Position numbers and translations under genes: made by a program. A DNA stretch of 64,000 bases, taken from assembly GCA_023130975.1 (NCBI GenBank), contig JAGMAD010000003.1, positions 129,692-193,691 of the forward strand, in the 5' to 3' direction. The notes beneath the pieces were generated by a model that ran no database searches, was not told the origin of the DNA, and was given only the letters and a program-made list of their open reading frames with translations. The DNA comes from Candidatus Parcubacteria bacterium (GTDB lineage Bacteria; Patescibacteriota; Minisyncoccia; Minisyncoccales; JAGMDC01). Shown here piece by piece: positions 9,786-19,687 of the stretch (positions are counted from its first letter, which is position 1; every line of letters starts with the position of its first letter).

Positions 9786-9953
9786 ATGGCTGAGAAAATT
9801 ACTGCTTATTGCGTAAAATGTAAAGCAAAAAGAGAAATGAATGATCCAAAAGAAGTTACTATGAAAGGGAAAGGAGGAGCTAAAAGAAGGGCTATGACCG
9901 GTACTTGTCCAAAATGCGGGACAAAGATGTTCAGAATAATGGGGAATAAGTAA
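9786..9953 (+). CDS. 55-aa zinc-ribbon protein (CxxC...CxxC)
   Basis: MAEKITAYCVKCKAKREM...TGTCPKCGTKMFRIMGNK is below the ORF-track size cutoff. It is followed by a strong terminator. Confidence 0.5.
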   Translation: MAEKITAYCVKCKAKREMNDPKEVTMKGKGGAKRRAMTGTCPKCGTKMFRIMGNK

Positions 9954-9978
9954 AATTTTAGAATATTCTAGAATTTTT

Positions 9979-10016
9979 AGCCCAATGCCGCTGAAAGCGG
10001 CATTGGGCTATTATTT
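9979..10016 (+). terminator. intrinsic terminator (13-bp perfect stem)
   Basis: agcccaatgccgc-tgaaa-gcggcattgggct followed by a T-rich run. Confidence 0.6.
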
Positions 10017-10037
10017 AATTTGGGTTATCATTAAACA

Positions 10038-10901
10038 ATGAAAAGGTCTAAAAGTTTTGTTTCAGTAATATTGGGGCTGTTATTTTTAGTAAATGTTTTG
10101 GCTTGGATAGAAGTTTATAATTTGACTCAATCGCAGGTTCTGGAAGTAACTTTTTTCGATATAGGACAAGGAGATAGTATTTTTATCCAAACCCCTCAAA
10201 AGCATCAGATTTTAATTGACGGTGGACCTGATTCGACTATTTTAGAGAAATTAGCAGAAGAAATGCCTTTTTGGGATAGAACTATTGATTTAATAATTCT
10301 TACTCATCCGGAACATGACCACGTAGCCGGCTTACTCGAGGTTCTTAGAAGATATAAAGTAGAGCAGATTCTCTGGACCGGCATTAAACGGGATACAGCC
10401 GAATATAGAAAGTGGCAGGAGTTAATTAAGAAAGAAGAGACAGAGGGAGCAAAAATATTTATAGCCCAGTCCAATCAAAGAATATTAACGAGAAATGTTC
10501 TCGTTAATATTTTATCTCCATTTGAAAATTTGGAGGGTCAAGAAGTTAAAAACACCAATAATAGCTCTATTATTGCTCGTTTAGTTTTTGGAAACAATAC
10601 TTTTCTCTTTACTGGCGATGCTTACAAATCAGTAGAAAGAGAATTGATAGAAAGAGACATTACTTTAAATTCAGATGTTTTAAAAGTTGGGCATCATGGA
10701 AGCAAGACATCGTCTTCTGAAGAATTTATCCAAGCAGTCAGTCCGGAAATTGCTGTTATTCAATGCGGGAAAGATAATCCATATGGCCATCCTTATCCAG
10801 AAACATTGGCAACCCTTGAAAAATTTGGTATAAAGATTTTAAGAACAGACCAAAATGGAGACGTTAAGATTATTTCCGATAGAAATAATCTTAAATTTTA
10901 A
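10038..10901 (+). CDS. membrane-anchored metallo-beta-lactamase fold protein (ComEC/Rec2 C-terminal domain-like)
   Basis: N-terminal TM helix, HPEHDHVAG (HxHxDH) and VGHHGSKTS motifs. Confidence 0.55.
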   Translation: MKRSKSFVSVILGLLFLVNVLAWIEVYNLTQSQVLEVTFFDIGQGDSIFIQTPQKHQILIDGGPDSTILEKLAEEMPFWDRTIDLIILTHPEHDHVAGLLEVLRRYKVEQILWTGIKRDTAEYRKWQELIKKEETEGAKIFIAQSNQRILTRNVLVNILSPFENLEGQEVKNTNNSSIIARLVFGNNTFLFTGDAYKSVERELIERDITLNSDVLKVGHHGSKTSSSEEFIQAVSPEIAVIQCGKDNPYGHPYPETLATLEKFGIKILRTDQNGDVKIISDRNNLKF

Positions 10902-10905
10902 AATC

Positions 10906-11973
10906 ATGAATTTCCCAATTTTCAAGACAAAAATAAAGGACTTGAGCCGAAAGTTTAATTTAACCGACCCCATGGAACGTCAGAAGTATTTTCAATTAAA
11001 AGCCGGCAAAGAAATAGAAAAAATCAGGGAATACTTGAAAAACAAAACCTTTATTGTTTATCTTTTGGGAAAGAAAAATTCTGGCAAAGGAACTTATGCC
11101 AAAATGTTCGCTGAAATAGTATGGCCGGAAAAGATATTTCATTTTTCCATAGGAGATATGATAAGAGAAATAGATGGGGAATTAAAAGATAAAGAGAAAA
11201 AAAAGCAGTTGATTGATTTTCTGGAGAAAGGCTATCGCGGCTGGGTTTCAGTCAATAAAATAATTTCTATATTAGAATCAAGAAGTACAAAAGAATTACT
11301 GCCGACAGAACTGATTTTAACTTTGATCAAAAGAGAAATAGCTAAGCAAAAAGGAAAAGCCATCTTTATTGACGGCTTTCCCAGAGAATTAGACCAAATA
11401 GCTTTTTCTTTGTTTTTTCGGGATTTAGTTGACTATAGGCAAGACCCGGATATTTTTGTTTTAATTGATGTGCCGGAAAAAATCATTGATGAAAGAATAA
11501 AATGGAGAAGAGTTTGTCCGGTTTGCCAAACATCAAGAAATTTAAAACTATTACCTACTTCAAAAATCGGTTACAACAAGGATAAAAAAGAATTTTTTCT
11601 CATTTGTGATAATCCAAAATGTAAAGGAGCCAAGATGCTTCAGAAAGAGGGAGATGCATCAGGCATAGGGCCGATAAAGGAACGTTTAGGCATAGATGAG
11701 GCATTAATTAAAAAGGCATTTTCTTTATACGGCATTCCTAAAATTTTATTGAGAAATTCCGTTCCAGTGAACAAAGCCAAAGAATTTATTGATAACTATG
11801 AGGTTACTCCGGAATATAGTTATCAATGGGATGAAAAAGGAAAAAAAGTAAAAATAATTGAAAAGCCCTGGATTGTTCAGGATGAAAAAAATGTTTCTTC
11901 TTACAGCTTGATGCCTCCACCAGTAGTGTTGTCTTTTATCTCTCAAATGGTTGATGTTTTAAATCTTCGCTAA
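10906..11973 (+). CDS. adenylate-kinase-like NMP kinase paralog with N- and C-terminal extensions
   Basis: GKKNSGKGT P-loop, IDGFPRELDQ, and zinc LID CPVCQ..C..C. Start moved to the ATG at 10906 after the upstream stop. Confidence 0.5.
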   Translation: MNFPIFKTKIKDLSRKFNLTDPMERQKYFQLKAGKEIEKIREYLKNKTFIVYLLGKKNSGKGTYAKMFAEIVWPEKIFHFSIGDMIREIDGELKDKEKKKQLIDFLEKGYRGWVSVNKIISILESRSTKELLPTELILTLIKREIAKQKGKAIFIDGFPRELDQIAFSLFFRDLVDYRQDPDIFVLIDVPEKIIDERIKWRRVCPVCQTSRNLKLLPTSKIGYNKDKKEFFLICDNPKCKGAKMLQKEGDASGIGPIKERLGIDEALIKKAFSLYGIPKILLRNSVPVNKAKEFIDNYEVTPEYSYQWDEKGKKVKIIEKPWIVQDEKNVSSYSLMPPPVVLSFISQMVDVLNLR

Positions 11974-12110
11974 AAAGATTTGACCCCGTTAGAGAATAGC
12001 AGGGTAGTTAAAAACAACAAACCTTATTTTTTAGAGAAAGATTGTAATGATAAATTGACATAACAATTCTCTAACGTGGTTGACAAATTCAAATTTTATT
12101 TTATTAAATA

Positions 12111-12139
12111 TTGACAAGAAATTTTGAAGGGTCTATAAT
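12111..12139 (+). promoter_or_regulatory. consensus sigma70 promoter TTGACA-17-TATAAT
   Basis: Perfect -35 (12111-12116) and -10 (12134-12139). Two further TTGACA boxes lie upstream (12055, 12080). Confidence 0.55.
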
Positions 12140-12145
12140 GAAAAT

Positions 12146-12412
12146 GCAGAAGGAATAGAATAGAAATTCGGCGGTGCTTCATTAGAAACTATATGATAAT
12201 AATTTCTAACGGAGCCCTGCTGGGTTCTTCAGATTCTGGAACAAAAGTTTTTTTTGGGAGCTATATTTATATAACCCTTGGGTTATACAAGAAGCACCCA
12301 CTTGGATAGTTTTCCGGAGATTCTTTAGAAACAGCAGGGTATTAAGTTTATTCGCCTTATCATTTTGGCGGATTTTTTTATACCAGAAAACAGCGGCTGA
12401 AAGCCGCTGTTT
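12146..12412 (+). ncRNA. putative ~265-nt small RNA of unknown class
   Basis: It runs from a consensus promoter to a bidirectional terminator with no ORF. There are internal 8-bp helices GGTGCTTC/GAAGCACC and CCCTGCTG/CAGCAGGG. No RNase P P4 or tmRNA T-arm signatures are present. Confidence 0.4.
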
Positions 12413-12416
12413 TTAA
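12388..12416. terminator. bidirectional intrinsic terminator
   Basis: Hairpin acagcggct-gaa-agccgctgt is flanked by an A-run upstream and a T-run downstream. Confidence 0.5.
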
Positions 12417-12490
12417 TCGGGGCGACTCGATTCGAACGAGCAACCGCCGGTACCCCATACCGGAACGCTAACCAATTGCGCCACGCCCCG
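12417..12490 (-). tRNA. tRNA-Pro (anticodon GGG)
   Basis: Manual fold: C1-G72 acceptor pair (bacterial Pro hallmark), 7-bp acceptor, anticodon loop ATGGGGT with G37, T loop TTCGAAT, discriminator A. Confidence 0.75.
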
Positions 12491-12498
12491 TTTTGTTC

Positions 12499-12720
12499 TC
12501 ACTTTAATTTAGAAAGTGTTTTAATACATTTAGTGCAGGCTAAGATTCTTTTGCCAGCAAATTTGCGGAAAGCTTTTCTTTCTACATCAATAGGAACTTT
12601 GACCCATTGGAGATTTGGGTATTTTCTTTTTTTTGGAGTAGGATTATACTTACCCCGAAGCTTATTCAACTTCCGAGCCATTAATCCTGTTTTTTTACAA
12701 ACAGCGCATTGTTTAGCCAT
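12499..12720 (-). CDS. rpmB: 50S ribosomal protein L28
   Basis: MAKQCAVCKKT...YNPT...PNLQ...CTKC zinc-binding L28 pattern. Confidence 0.8.
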   Translation of the reverse strand: MAKQCAVCKKTGLMARKLNKLRGKYNPTPKKRKYPNLQWVKVPIDVERKAFRKFAGKRILACTKCIKTLSKLK

Positions 12721-12799
12721 AGTAATTCTATCTTAATATCTTTTTATAAATTTGGCAATAGCTATTTTATTTGCTATAATTAAATTGAAAATTTAATTA

Positions 12800-12834
12800 C
12801 AAGGTTCTGCGAACAAAGTGAGCAGGTTCTTATT
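12800..12834. repeat. AGAACCTTG-family repeat unit (inverted orientation)
   Basis: caaggttctgcgaacaaagtgagcaggttcttatt. Confidence 0.55.
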
Positions 12835-12844
12835 ATAATAAAAC

Positions 12845-13486
12845 ATGGATCCTTTAACTTTAATTTTAATCATTGTAATATTTCTTTTTTCTGTTGTCAT
12901 CCACGAAGTGGCTCACGGAACAATGGCAAATATCTTAGGAGATCCAACTGCCAAATATGCTGGTCGGCTTACTTTAAATCCTTTAAAGCATTTAGATCTT
13001 TTTGGTTCTATCATCGTGCCTGGTATTCTAATTTTGACCAGTATGGCTGTTGGTGGCGGAATTATTTTTGGTTGGGCAAAACCAGTTCCTATCAATCCCT
13101 ATAATTTTCGAGACCAAAAATATGGTTCAGCCAAAACAGCTCTGGCTGGTCCGGCAGCTAATATTCTCCTGGCTTTAGTTTTCGGGCTGTTAATAAGATT
13201 TTTGCCTTTTGGAACAGGTTTATTTTCCCAAAATTTGATTTTTGTTTTTGGTTTTATTGTTTGGGTGAATTTACTTTTGGCAATATTTAATCTTTTGCCC
13301 ATTCCGCCCTTGGATGGTTCTCATATTCTTTTTGCTTTTTTACCCCAAAGTATGGAGAAGCTAAAGATGATTTTGGCTCAGTATGGTTTATTTATTTTAC
13401 TTTTTGTTATTTTCTTTTTATTGCATTGGATTATACCAGCAATTAACTATTTATTTTATTTAATCGTCGGCGTCCCATTTTTCTGA
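12845..13486 (+). CDS. site-2 protease family (M50-like) zinc metalloprotease
   Basis: HEVAHG HExxH motif in a polytopic membrane protein of the COG1994 type. Confidence 0.55.
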   Translation: MDPLTLILIIVIFLFSVVIHEVAHGTMANILGDPTAKYAGRLTLNPLKHLDLFGSIIVPGILILTSMAVGGGIIFGWAKPVPINPYNFRDQKYGSAKTALAGPAANILLALVFGLLIRFLPFGTGLFSQNLIFVFGFIVWVNLLLAIFNLLPIPPLDGSHILFAFLPQSMEKLKMILAQYGLFILLFVIFFLLHWIIPAINYLFYLIVGVPFF

Positions 13487-13528
13487 TTGACATTGTCTTC
13501 AACATCTGCTAAATTTAAAAACATCAAT

Positions 13529-13957
13529 ATGCCTACAATCCATCAATTAATTAAAAAGAAGAGAAAAACGACCAAGAAAGCCAATAAAAGGCCGGCTTTG
13601 AGTTTTGGCTTTAATGTTTTAAAGAATAGGCCTAAAAAATATCCTTCTCCATTAAAAAGAGGCGTTTGCCTTAAAGTATTCACTGTCACTCCCAGAAAAC
13701 CAAATTCTGCCTTAAGAAAAGTAGCCCGAGTCCGGTTAAGTAATGGAATGGAAGTTACTGCTTATATTCCAGGCATTGGCCATAACTTACAGGAGCATTC
13801 AGTTATTTTAATCAGGGGAGGGAGAGTTAAGGATTTGCCAGGAGTAAGGTATCATGTGGTTCGCGGTGTTCTTGATACTGGCGGAGTGGAAGAAAGAAAA
13901 CAGGGAAGAAGCAAGTATGGAACAAAGAAACAGAAAACATCAACACCAAAGACATAA
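13529..13957 (+). CDS. rpsL: 30S ribosomal protein S12
   Basis: [10 protein letters not shown] start, PNSALRKV and [13 protein letters not shown] motifs, and a Lys-rich C-terminal tail. Confidence 0.85.
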   Translation: MPTIHQLIKKKRKTTKKANKRPALSFGFNVLKNRPKKYPSPLKRGVCLKVFTVTPRKPNSALRKVARVRLSNGMEVTAYIPGIGHNLQEHSVILIRGGRVKDLPGVRYHVVRGVLDTGGVEERKQGRSKYGTKKQKTSTPKT

Positions 13958-14125
13958 GACCTATTGCGAAATAATTTTTCGTTACGAAATCACAAAATTT
14001 TGAGCGAAAATTGTGAAGAATGAGGAGGTTATACATTGTATAGCCGACGAATTTTGAACAATTTGCAGCCAAAATTTTGGGATTGCAGTAGAAAAGGTTA
14101 TTTTGCAAGAGGTCTATAATAAATT

Positions 14126-14587
14126 ATGCGCGGAAAAATAAAAAAAAGAAAAATTTTGCCTGATTCTGTTTATGATAATATTATAGTCGCTCAGTTTATT
14201 AATCAGGTAATGCGTAAAGGTAAAAAAACAATTGCTATAAAAATTATTTATGGCGCTTTTGATATTATGAAAGAGAAAACAAAAAAAGAGCCCTTAGATG
14301 TTTTTGATTTAGCTATCCAAAATGCTTCTCCTTTACTTGAGGTAAAATCAAAAAGAATTGGAGGAGCTGTTTATCAAGTTCCCAGAGAAGTGAAAGGAGA
14401 GAGAAGAATAAGCTTGGCTATGCGCTGGATTATTGCTGCTGCCAAATCAAAAAAAGGAAAGACAATGAAAGAGAAGTTAGCTGAAGAACTAATCGCTGCT
14501 TCCAAAAACGAAGGTTCAGCTATCAAAAAGAAGAATGACACTCATCGTATGGCCGAGGCAAACCGCGCTTTTGCTCATTTTGCCTAA
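14126..14587 (+). CDS. rpsG: 30S ribosomal protein S7
   Basis: S7 sequence pattern ([24 protein letters not shown]). Confidence 0.85.
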   Translation: MRGKIKKRKILPDSVYDNIIVAQFINQVMRKGKKTIAIKIIYGAFDIMKEKTKKEPLDVFDLAIQNASPLLEVKSKRIGGAVYQVPREVKGERRISLAMRWIIAAAKSKKGKTMKEKLAEELIAASKNEGSAIKKKNDTHRMAEANRAFAHFA

Positions 14588-14766
14588 AATATGATGGAAA
14601 CATTAGATTTTATTTTCGCTTTTATCCTGGTCTTACTTTTAATATACCTTTTACTAATTTGGTAAAAACTTGTTTTGGAATTTAATAAAAGGTTGATTCC
14701 TTGACAAATAAATAAAAAACTTTTAACTTTAAACTATAACTTTTCACTTTTCAATTCGAGCTTTGC

Positions 14767-14803
14767 GAGAATCAAGGTTCTTGCTGAAAGCGAGGTTCTT
14801 ATT
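14767..14803. repeat. AGAACCTTG-family repeat unit (inverted)
   Basis: gagaatcaaggttcttgctgaaagcgaggttcttatt upstream of fusA. Confidence 0.55.
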
Positions 14804-14824
14804 TTTAACTTTTAACTTAAGCGT

Positions 14825-16930
14825 ATGCGACAGTATCCCATTGAAAAAACAAGAGACATCGGTATTATCGCCCACATTGACGCTGGGAAAACAACCGTAA
14901 CTGAACGGGTGCTTTTTTATACTGGTATTTCTCATAAAATTGGCGAGGTTCATAAAGGAGAAGCAATTATGGACTGGATGGCTCAAGAAAAAGAGAGGGG
15001 AATTACTATCACTTCAGCCGCTACAACTTGCTTCTGGTCTCCAGAAGAGTATGCGGCAAAAGAGAAAACCCAGGAGCATCGTATCAACATTATTGATACA
15101 CCTGGCCATATTGATTTTACTGCTGAAGTTCAGCGCTCCCTTAGGGTCTTAGACGGTGCTGTAGTGGTTTTTGACGGAGTAGCCGGAGTAGAACCCCAAT
15201 CAGAGACAGTTTGGCGTCAGGCAGACAAATTTAAAGTTCCCAGAATTTGCTTTATAAACAAACTTGATAGGATAGGAGCTAACTTTGAAAAAAGTTTTGA
15301 TTCCATTGGCCAAAAACTTTCTCCTAATGCTGTAGCTATGCAAATACCTATTGGCGCTGAGGACAAACTTGAAGGAGTGATTGATTTAATGAAGATGAAA
15401 GCCCTGAAGTTTGAAGGCGAACTTGGTGAAAAAGTAGTAGAAGAAGAAATTCCCCAGGATTTAAAAGAAAAAGCAAAAGAATGGCGGAAGAGAATGGTAG
15501 AGAAAATTGCCAGCGAAGATGAAAAACTTTTAGAAAAATACTTGGCTGAAAAAGAAACCTCAGAACAGGAATTAAGAGAAGTTTTAAGAAAGGCCTGTAT
15601 AGATTATAGACTTATTCCAGTATTTTGCGGTTCAGCTTTAAAAAACAAAGGTGTTCAGCCGCTCTTGGACGCCATTGTTTGTTATCTTCCTTCTCCTGCT
15701 GATCTTCCGCCAATAGTTGGTAAAGATCCTAGAACCAATGAGGAAATGGAGAGAAAATCTGACGACAACGAGCCATTTACCGCTTTGGCCTTTAAAGTTG
15801 CTACTGATCCTTATGTAGGAACTTTAACTTATTTTAGGGTTTATTCAGGCAGTTTAAAAAAGGGCTCTTATGCTTTAAATACTACTACTGGAGAAAAAGA
15901 ACGATTAGGCAGAATTTTAAGAATGCATGCTGCTGAAAGAGAGGAAGTAGATGAACTTTTTGCTGGTGATATTGCTGCTACAGTTGGTTTGAAAAATACT
16001 AGTACTGGCCATACTTTATGCGATGAATCTCATCCTATTATCTTAGAAGAGATTACCTTTCCAGAGCCGGTTATTGGCATTAGAATTGAGCCAAAGACCA
16101 AAGCTGACCAGGAAAAAATGAGTTTGGCTTTAAAAAAACTTTCAGAGGAAGATCCTACTTTTAAGATGAAAAGCGATGAAGAAACCGGCGAAACCATTAT
16201 TTCTGGCATGGGCGAACTTCATCTTGATATACTTTGCGACCGGATGAAAAGAGAATTTAAAGTTGAAGCAAATATGGGCAGGCCTCAAGTGGCTTATAAA
16301 GAAACAATTAGAACCGAAGCAGAAGCAGAAGGCAAATATATCCGCCAGTCAGGTGGCCGGGGCCAGTATGGCCATGTTTGGCTTCGCATAGAACCAAAAG
16401 AAAGAGGAGAAGGTTTTGAATTTATCAATGAGATTAAAGGAGGAGTTATTCCACGTGAATTTATCCCAGCAGTAGAAAAAGGAGTAAAAGGAGCAAAAGA
16501 AAAAGGAGTGGTTGCTGGTTATCCAGTGATAGATATTTCTGTTGCTCTTTATGACGGCTCTTTTCATGAGGTTGATTCTTCAGAAATAGCTTTTAAAATT
16601 GCTGCTTCTATTGCTTTTCAAGAAGGGGTTAAGAGAGCAAAGCCAGTACTCCTTGAGCCGATTATGAAATTAGAAGTAGTTATTCCTGAAGATTTCTTAG
16701 GAGATGTAATTGGGGATTTGAGCGCCAGAAGAGGAAAAATAGAAGAAACCAAAGAGCGATTGAATATGAAAATAATTGATACTAAAATTCCTTTAGCAGA
16801 GATGTTTGGCTACGCTACTTCTCTCCGTTCTTTGACAGAAGGAAGGGGAACGTTTACTATGGAGTTTGACCATTACGAACCAGTACCAGAAAACATTGCC
16901 CAAGAAATTATAGAAGGAAAGAGGAAATAA
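14825..16930 (+). CDS. fusA: elongation factor G
   Basis: [10 protein letters not shown]1 motif and the full EF-G domain series. Confidence 0.9.
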   Translation: MRQYPIEKTRDIGIIAHIDAGKTTVTERVLFYTGISHKIGEVHKGEAIMDWMAQEKERGITITSAATTCFWSPEEYAAKEKTQEHRINIIDTPGHIDFTAEVQRSLRVLDGAVVVFDGVAGVEPQSETVWRQADKFKVPRICFINKLDRIGANFEKSFDSIGQKLSPNAVAMQIPIGAEDKLEGVIDLMKMKALKFEGELGEKVVEEEIPQDLKEKAKEWRKRMVEKIASEDEKLLEKYLAEKETSEQELREVLRKACIDYRLIPVFCGSALKNKGVQPLLDAIVCYLPSPADLPPIVGKDPRTNEEMERKSDDNEPFTALAFKVATDPYVGTLTYFRVYSGSLKKGSYALNTTTGEKERLGRILRMHAAEREEVDELFAGDIAATVGLKNTSTGHTLCDESHPIILEEITFPEPVIGIRIEPKTKADQEKMSLALKKLSEEDPTFKMKSDEETGETIISGMGELHLDILCDRMKREFKVEANMGRPQVAYKETIRTEAEAEGKYIRQSGGRGQYGHVWLRIEPKERGEGFEFINEIKGGVIPREFIPAVEKGVKGAKEKGVVAGYPVIDISVALYDGSFHEVDSSEIAFKIAASIAFQEGVKRAKPVLLEPIMKLEVVIPEDFLGDVIGDLSARRGKIEETKERLNMKIIDTKIPLAEMFGYATSLRSLTEGRGTFTMEFDHYEPVPENIAQEIIEGKRK

Positions 16931-17020
16931 TGTTTGACATCAGCGCTGTTTTAAATATAAAATAAGAGTAGAAATTCTTGAAGAGTCGGTTTTGAGGCAT
17001 AAATAAAAAACTACAAAAGT

Positions 17021-17391
17021 ATGCCTAATCAAAATTTTTCTAAATTTCATCATATTGTAGCGGTAACATGCTTAATAGAGAATAATGGGCGTTTTTTATT
17101 AATAAAAAGGAGCTCCAAAGAAGATTATTATGGTGGAAAATGGGTTTTTCCAGGAGGGAAGGTAGAAAGAGAAGAAGACGTAATCCAGACGTTACTTAGA
17201 GAAATAAAAGAAGAAACCGGGCTTGAAACTCAAAGAAAAGTCGCTTTTTAAGGAGTTATTCATTTTCAAGAAAAGATGGTTCCTCAACAACTGGTTTGGT
17301 ATTTTGTCTAAAGTATAAAAGCGGTAAGATAAAACTTGATAAAAATTCAGAAGATTTTGCATGGATTCTACCAGAAGAGATTTATAATTAA
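17021..17391 (+). pseudogene. NUDIX hydrolase with a frameshift (likely at the T-run near 17243-17248)
   Basis: Nudix box GGKVEREEDVIQTLLREIKEETGL in frame 2 ends at 17251. The C-terminal part (LVFCLKYKSGKIKLDKNSEDFAWILPEEIYN) continues in frame 1 to 17391. Confidence 0.5.
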
Positions 17392-17556
17392 GATACTATG
17401 CCCGGCATAGAAACACATATTAAGAATGCCCAGGAGGCAATTCAGAGAAATCTTTTTATGGACATTAAAAAACTTTCAAGAAGTGTCTAATTTGTAGGCA
17501 GTCAAACCCTTTTTTCGGGGTTGATTTTTTGAGAGAAGTTTGCTAATATAAAATAT

Positions 17557-17790
17557 ATGGCAACTTTATCTAAAAACTTAATAGTATCTAAAGAATTCAT
17601 TCAAAAAAGAGGAATGGTTTTTTTGCCTTTGGCGGAATATGAGAAAATAAAAGAAAAAATAGAAAGATTAGAAAGAGAAAGAAAATTTTCACAAGAGGAA
17701 GCAGAGATCCTAAGAATTATTGCGGAGGGAGAGAGAGAATATAAAGAAGGGAAATTAAAGCCGATAAAGTCCTTAGCCGAGATTAAATAA
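17557..17790 (+). CDS. putative antitoxin of a type II TA pair
   Basis: 77-aa coiled/charged protein that ends 2 nt before the RelE/ParE-like toxin gene. Confidence 0.4.
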   Translation: MATLSKNLIVSKEFIQKRGMVFLPLAEYEKIKEKIERLERERKFSQEEAEILRIIAEGEREYKEGKLKPIKSLAEIK

Positions 17791-17792
17791 TT

Positions 17793-18050
17793 ATGATTAT
17801 TTATCCAACTTCCCGATTTAGAAAATCTTTTAAGAAATTGCCGAGCACCATACAGAAAAAGGCTAAATTGAGAGACAAAATATTTAGGAAAGATCCTTTT
17901 GCTTTAAATCTTCAAACTCATAAACTTAAAGGCAAACTAAAAGATTACTGGGCATATTCGGTTAACGATGATTATCGCGTTCTCTTCCGTTTTATAAATG
18001 AAGACAGCGCGATTTATTTTAATATCGGTACCCATGAGATTTATAAATAA
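17793..18050 (+). CDS. RelE/ParE (YafQ-like) type II toxin
   Basis: HKLKGKLKDYWAYSVNDDYRVLFRF ... IGTHEIY pattern typical of RelE/ParE. Confidence 0.65.
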   Translation: MIIYPTSRFRKSFKKLPSTIQKKAKLRDKIFRKDPFALNLQTHKLKGKLKDYWAYSVNDDYRVLFRFINEDSAIYFNIGTHEIYK

Positions 18051-18090
18051 AAAATTTGATTTTTTTGGAGAAGTTTGTTAAAGTAAAAAT

Positions 18091-18384
18091 ATGAGTTTAG
18101 ATGAAATCAAAAATTTAATAAAAATAGATGGGGGAAAGTTTATTATAGTGGAAAATGGGGAACCAGTATTAATGGTAATGAGTTTTGATGACTATAAAAA
18201 AATAATAGGGAATTCTGAAAAAATTTCTTCGCAACAGTCAAATTCTAATTCTGAAAAAGAAATCCCAGGAGCTCAAGAAGTTCAAGAATTTAATTCAGGG
18301 AGCGATAACGAATATGCAGAAACAGTTGAAAAAGCATCTCCCCAAACCGAGGAATCATTAAAAATTGAGGATTTGCCAGTTTGA
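18091..18384 (+). CDS. Phd/YefM-like antitoxin domain protein (orphan)
   Basis: N-terminal GEPVLMVMSFDDYKKI matches the Phd/YefM fold signature. The C-terminal half is acidic and low-complexity. Confidence 0.5.
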   Translation: MSLDEIKNLIKIDGGKFIIVENGEPVLMVMSFDDYKKIIGNSEKISSQQSNSNSEKEIPGAQEVQEFNSGSDNEYAETVEKASPQTEESLKIEDLPV

Positions 18385-18470
18385 TTTAGATAATAGATAA
18401 TAGATGATAGATAAGTATTGACATAATTCTTTTATTTTATTACCATTAAAATATACAAAAATTAAAAAAT

Positions 18471-18599
18471 ATATAAAATAAAGATTTAGATAATAGAGAT
18501 TAGAATTTAGGTAATTTTTTATCTAACATCTAACATCTAATATCTAAAATCCAATTATGGCTGAGAAAGAAAAATTTGAAAGAGGAAAAACCCATCTTA
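18471..18599 (+). repeat. copy A of a 129-bp perfect duplication (tuf promoter, leader and first 14 codons)
   Basis: Identical to 19688-19816. Confidence 0.85.
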
Positions 18600-19627
18600 T
18601 AGGTTTAGTTTTAGCATTCATTATAACTATATTTATCTTTAATAGTTTTTATAGTACAATTTTTGCAGAAGATTCTTCATTAGAAAATATCTTCGCTCTC
18701 GTTACAATTGGAGATATAATCCAGAATCAATCACTATATGAAGGAAAGATTGTAACTATTTCTGGTAAATATGGTGGTTGGGGGCACAAAGAAGGAAACA
18801 TTCCCGGATGTGAGAGTGGACCACCAGTAACCAGAAGTGATTGGTGTATCTATGACGAAACTGGTTGTATTTATGTAGCAGGAGCGGAAATTTTAGAGTG
18901 TGGTGAATATACAACTGAGATAGACATCTATAAATATTGCTTTAATAACTTTGACCCTTCTGGAGGAGAAAGTATGGGTACTGATATGATAATAAAAGGA
19001 AGAGTTAAGATTAGCGATAAAGGTGTTACTTATGTAGGAAGAATAGTATCTCCAGTTAAACCTATTGAAATAGTAATACCAGAAGATAAAATGCCAAAAG
19101 AAATACAAGATGCAACGATAAAGTCAGTTACAATTAAACCTGGAGAGCCAATCAGAGTAAAAGCAGAGCGAGAAGAAGACGGGAAGATTATAAAAGATGT
19201 AACAGTGACTGAATATGAATCACCAATTAAACTAAATCTGACAACTAAAGATGGCTTAAAAGAAGTCGTTGTAAGGCAAGGAACGGATGAGCTAAAATTG
19301 ATTTCCAAAAATGTAACTGCAAGAACTAAAAATGAATTAGAAGTAGAAGAGGACACAATATACTTAAAGACAAAAACAGGGAGAAAAGAAATTAAGATAA
19401 TGCCTGATGTTGCATCACAAAAAGCAATAGAGAAACAAGAATTACACTATGTAGAAAGTATTGAACTTAAGGATGTTGGTAAGCCCATTTATGAAGTTAA
19501 TGGAGTTAAAAAAGTAAAATTATTATGGTTTATTCCAATTGACATGAGCATAAAAACAGAAATAGATGCTGAAACGGGAAAAGTTGAAAAGATTAAAAAG
19601 CCTTGGTGGAGTTTCTTAGCTTGGTAA
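18557..19627 (+). CDS. chimeric ORF: EF-Tu N-terminal 14 aa fused to a TM-anchored extracytoplasmic beta-rich protein
   Basis: The first 43 nt are identical to tuf ([14 protein letters not shown]). A TM helix and a ~320-aa Lys/Glu/Val-rich domain of unknown function follow. Confidence 0.5.
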   Translation: MAEKEKFERGKTHLIGLVLAFIITIFIFNSFYSTIFAEDSSLENIFALVTIGDIIQNQSLYEGKIVTISGKYGGWGHKEGNIPGCESGPPVTRSDWCIYDETGCIYVAGAEILECGEYTTEIDIYKYCFNNFDPSGGESMGTDMIIKGRVKISDKGVTYVGRIVSPVKPIEIVIPEDKMPKEIQDATIKSVTIKPGEPIRVKAEREEDGKIIKDVTVTEYESPIKLNLTTKDGLKEVVVRQGTDELKLISKNVTARTKNELEVEEDTIYLKTKTGRKEIKIMPDVASQKAIEKQELHYVESIELKDVGKPIYEVNGVKKVKLLWFIPIDMSIKTEIDAETGKVEKIKKPWWSFLAW

Positions 19628-19687
19628 ATTCAACTTAGATAGGGCATTTCTTAAATTAACAAAGAATATAAAATAGAATATAAAATA

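Noticed and set aside
12476-12736. 86-aa plus-strand ORF
   Set aside because: It is antisense to tRNA-Pro and rpmB (L28), which has a clear zinc-ribbon L28 sequence on the minus strand.
13960-14125. Possible small ORF after an AGGAGGT at 14024 in the rpsL-rpsG spacer
   Set aside because: It has only a TTG start and 27 codons, with no conservation evidence. The spacer more likely holds hairpins and a GGTCTATAAT promoter-like box shared with 12131-12139.
18893-19356. Minus-strand ORFs (71 and 108 aa) inside the chimeric tuf-fusion gene; similar antisense ORFs at 199-396, 5414-5632, 22360-22743, 24392-24667, 38835-39176, 39957-40430
   Set aside because: They are antisense to well-supported or longer ORFs and low-complexity in composition. 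No independent signals are present.
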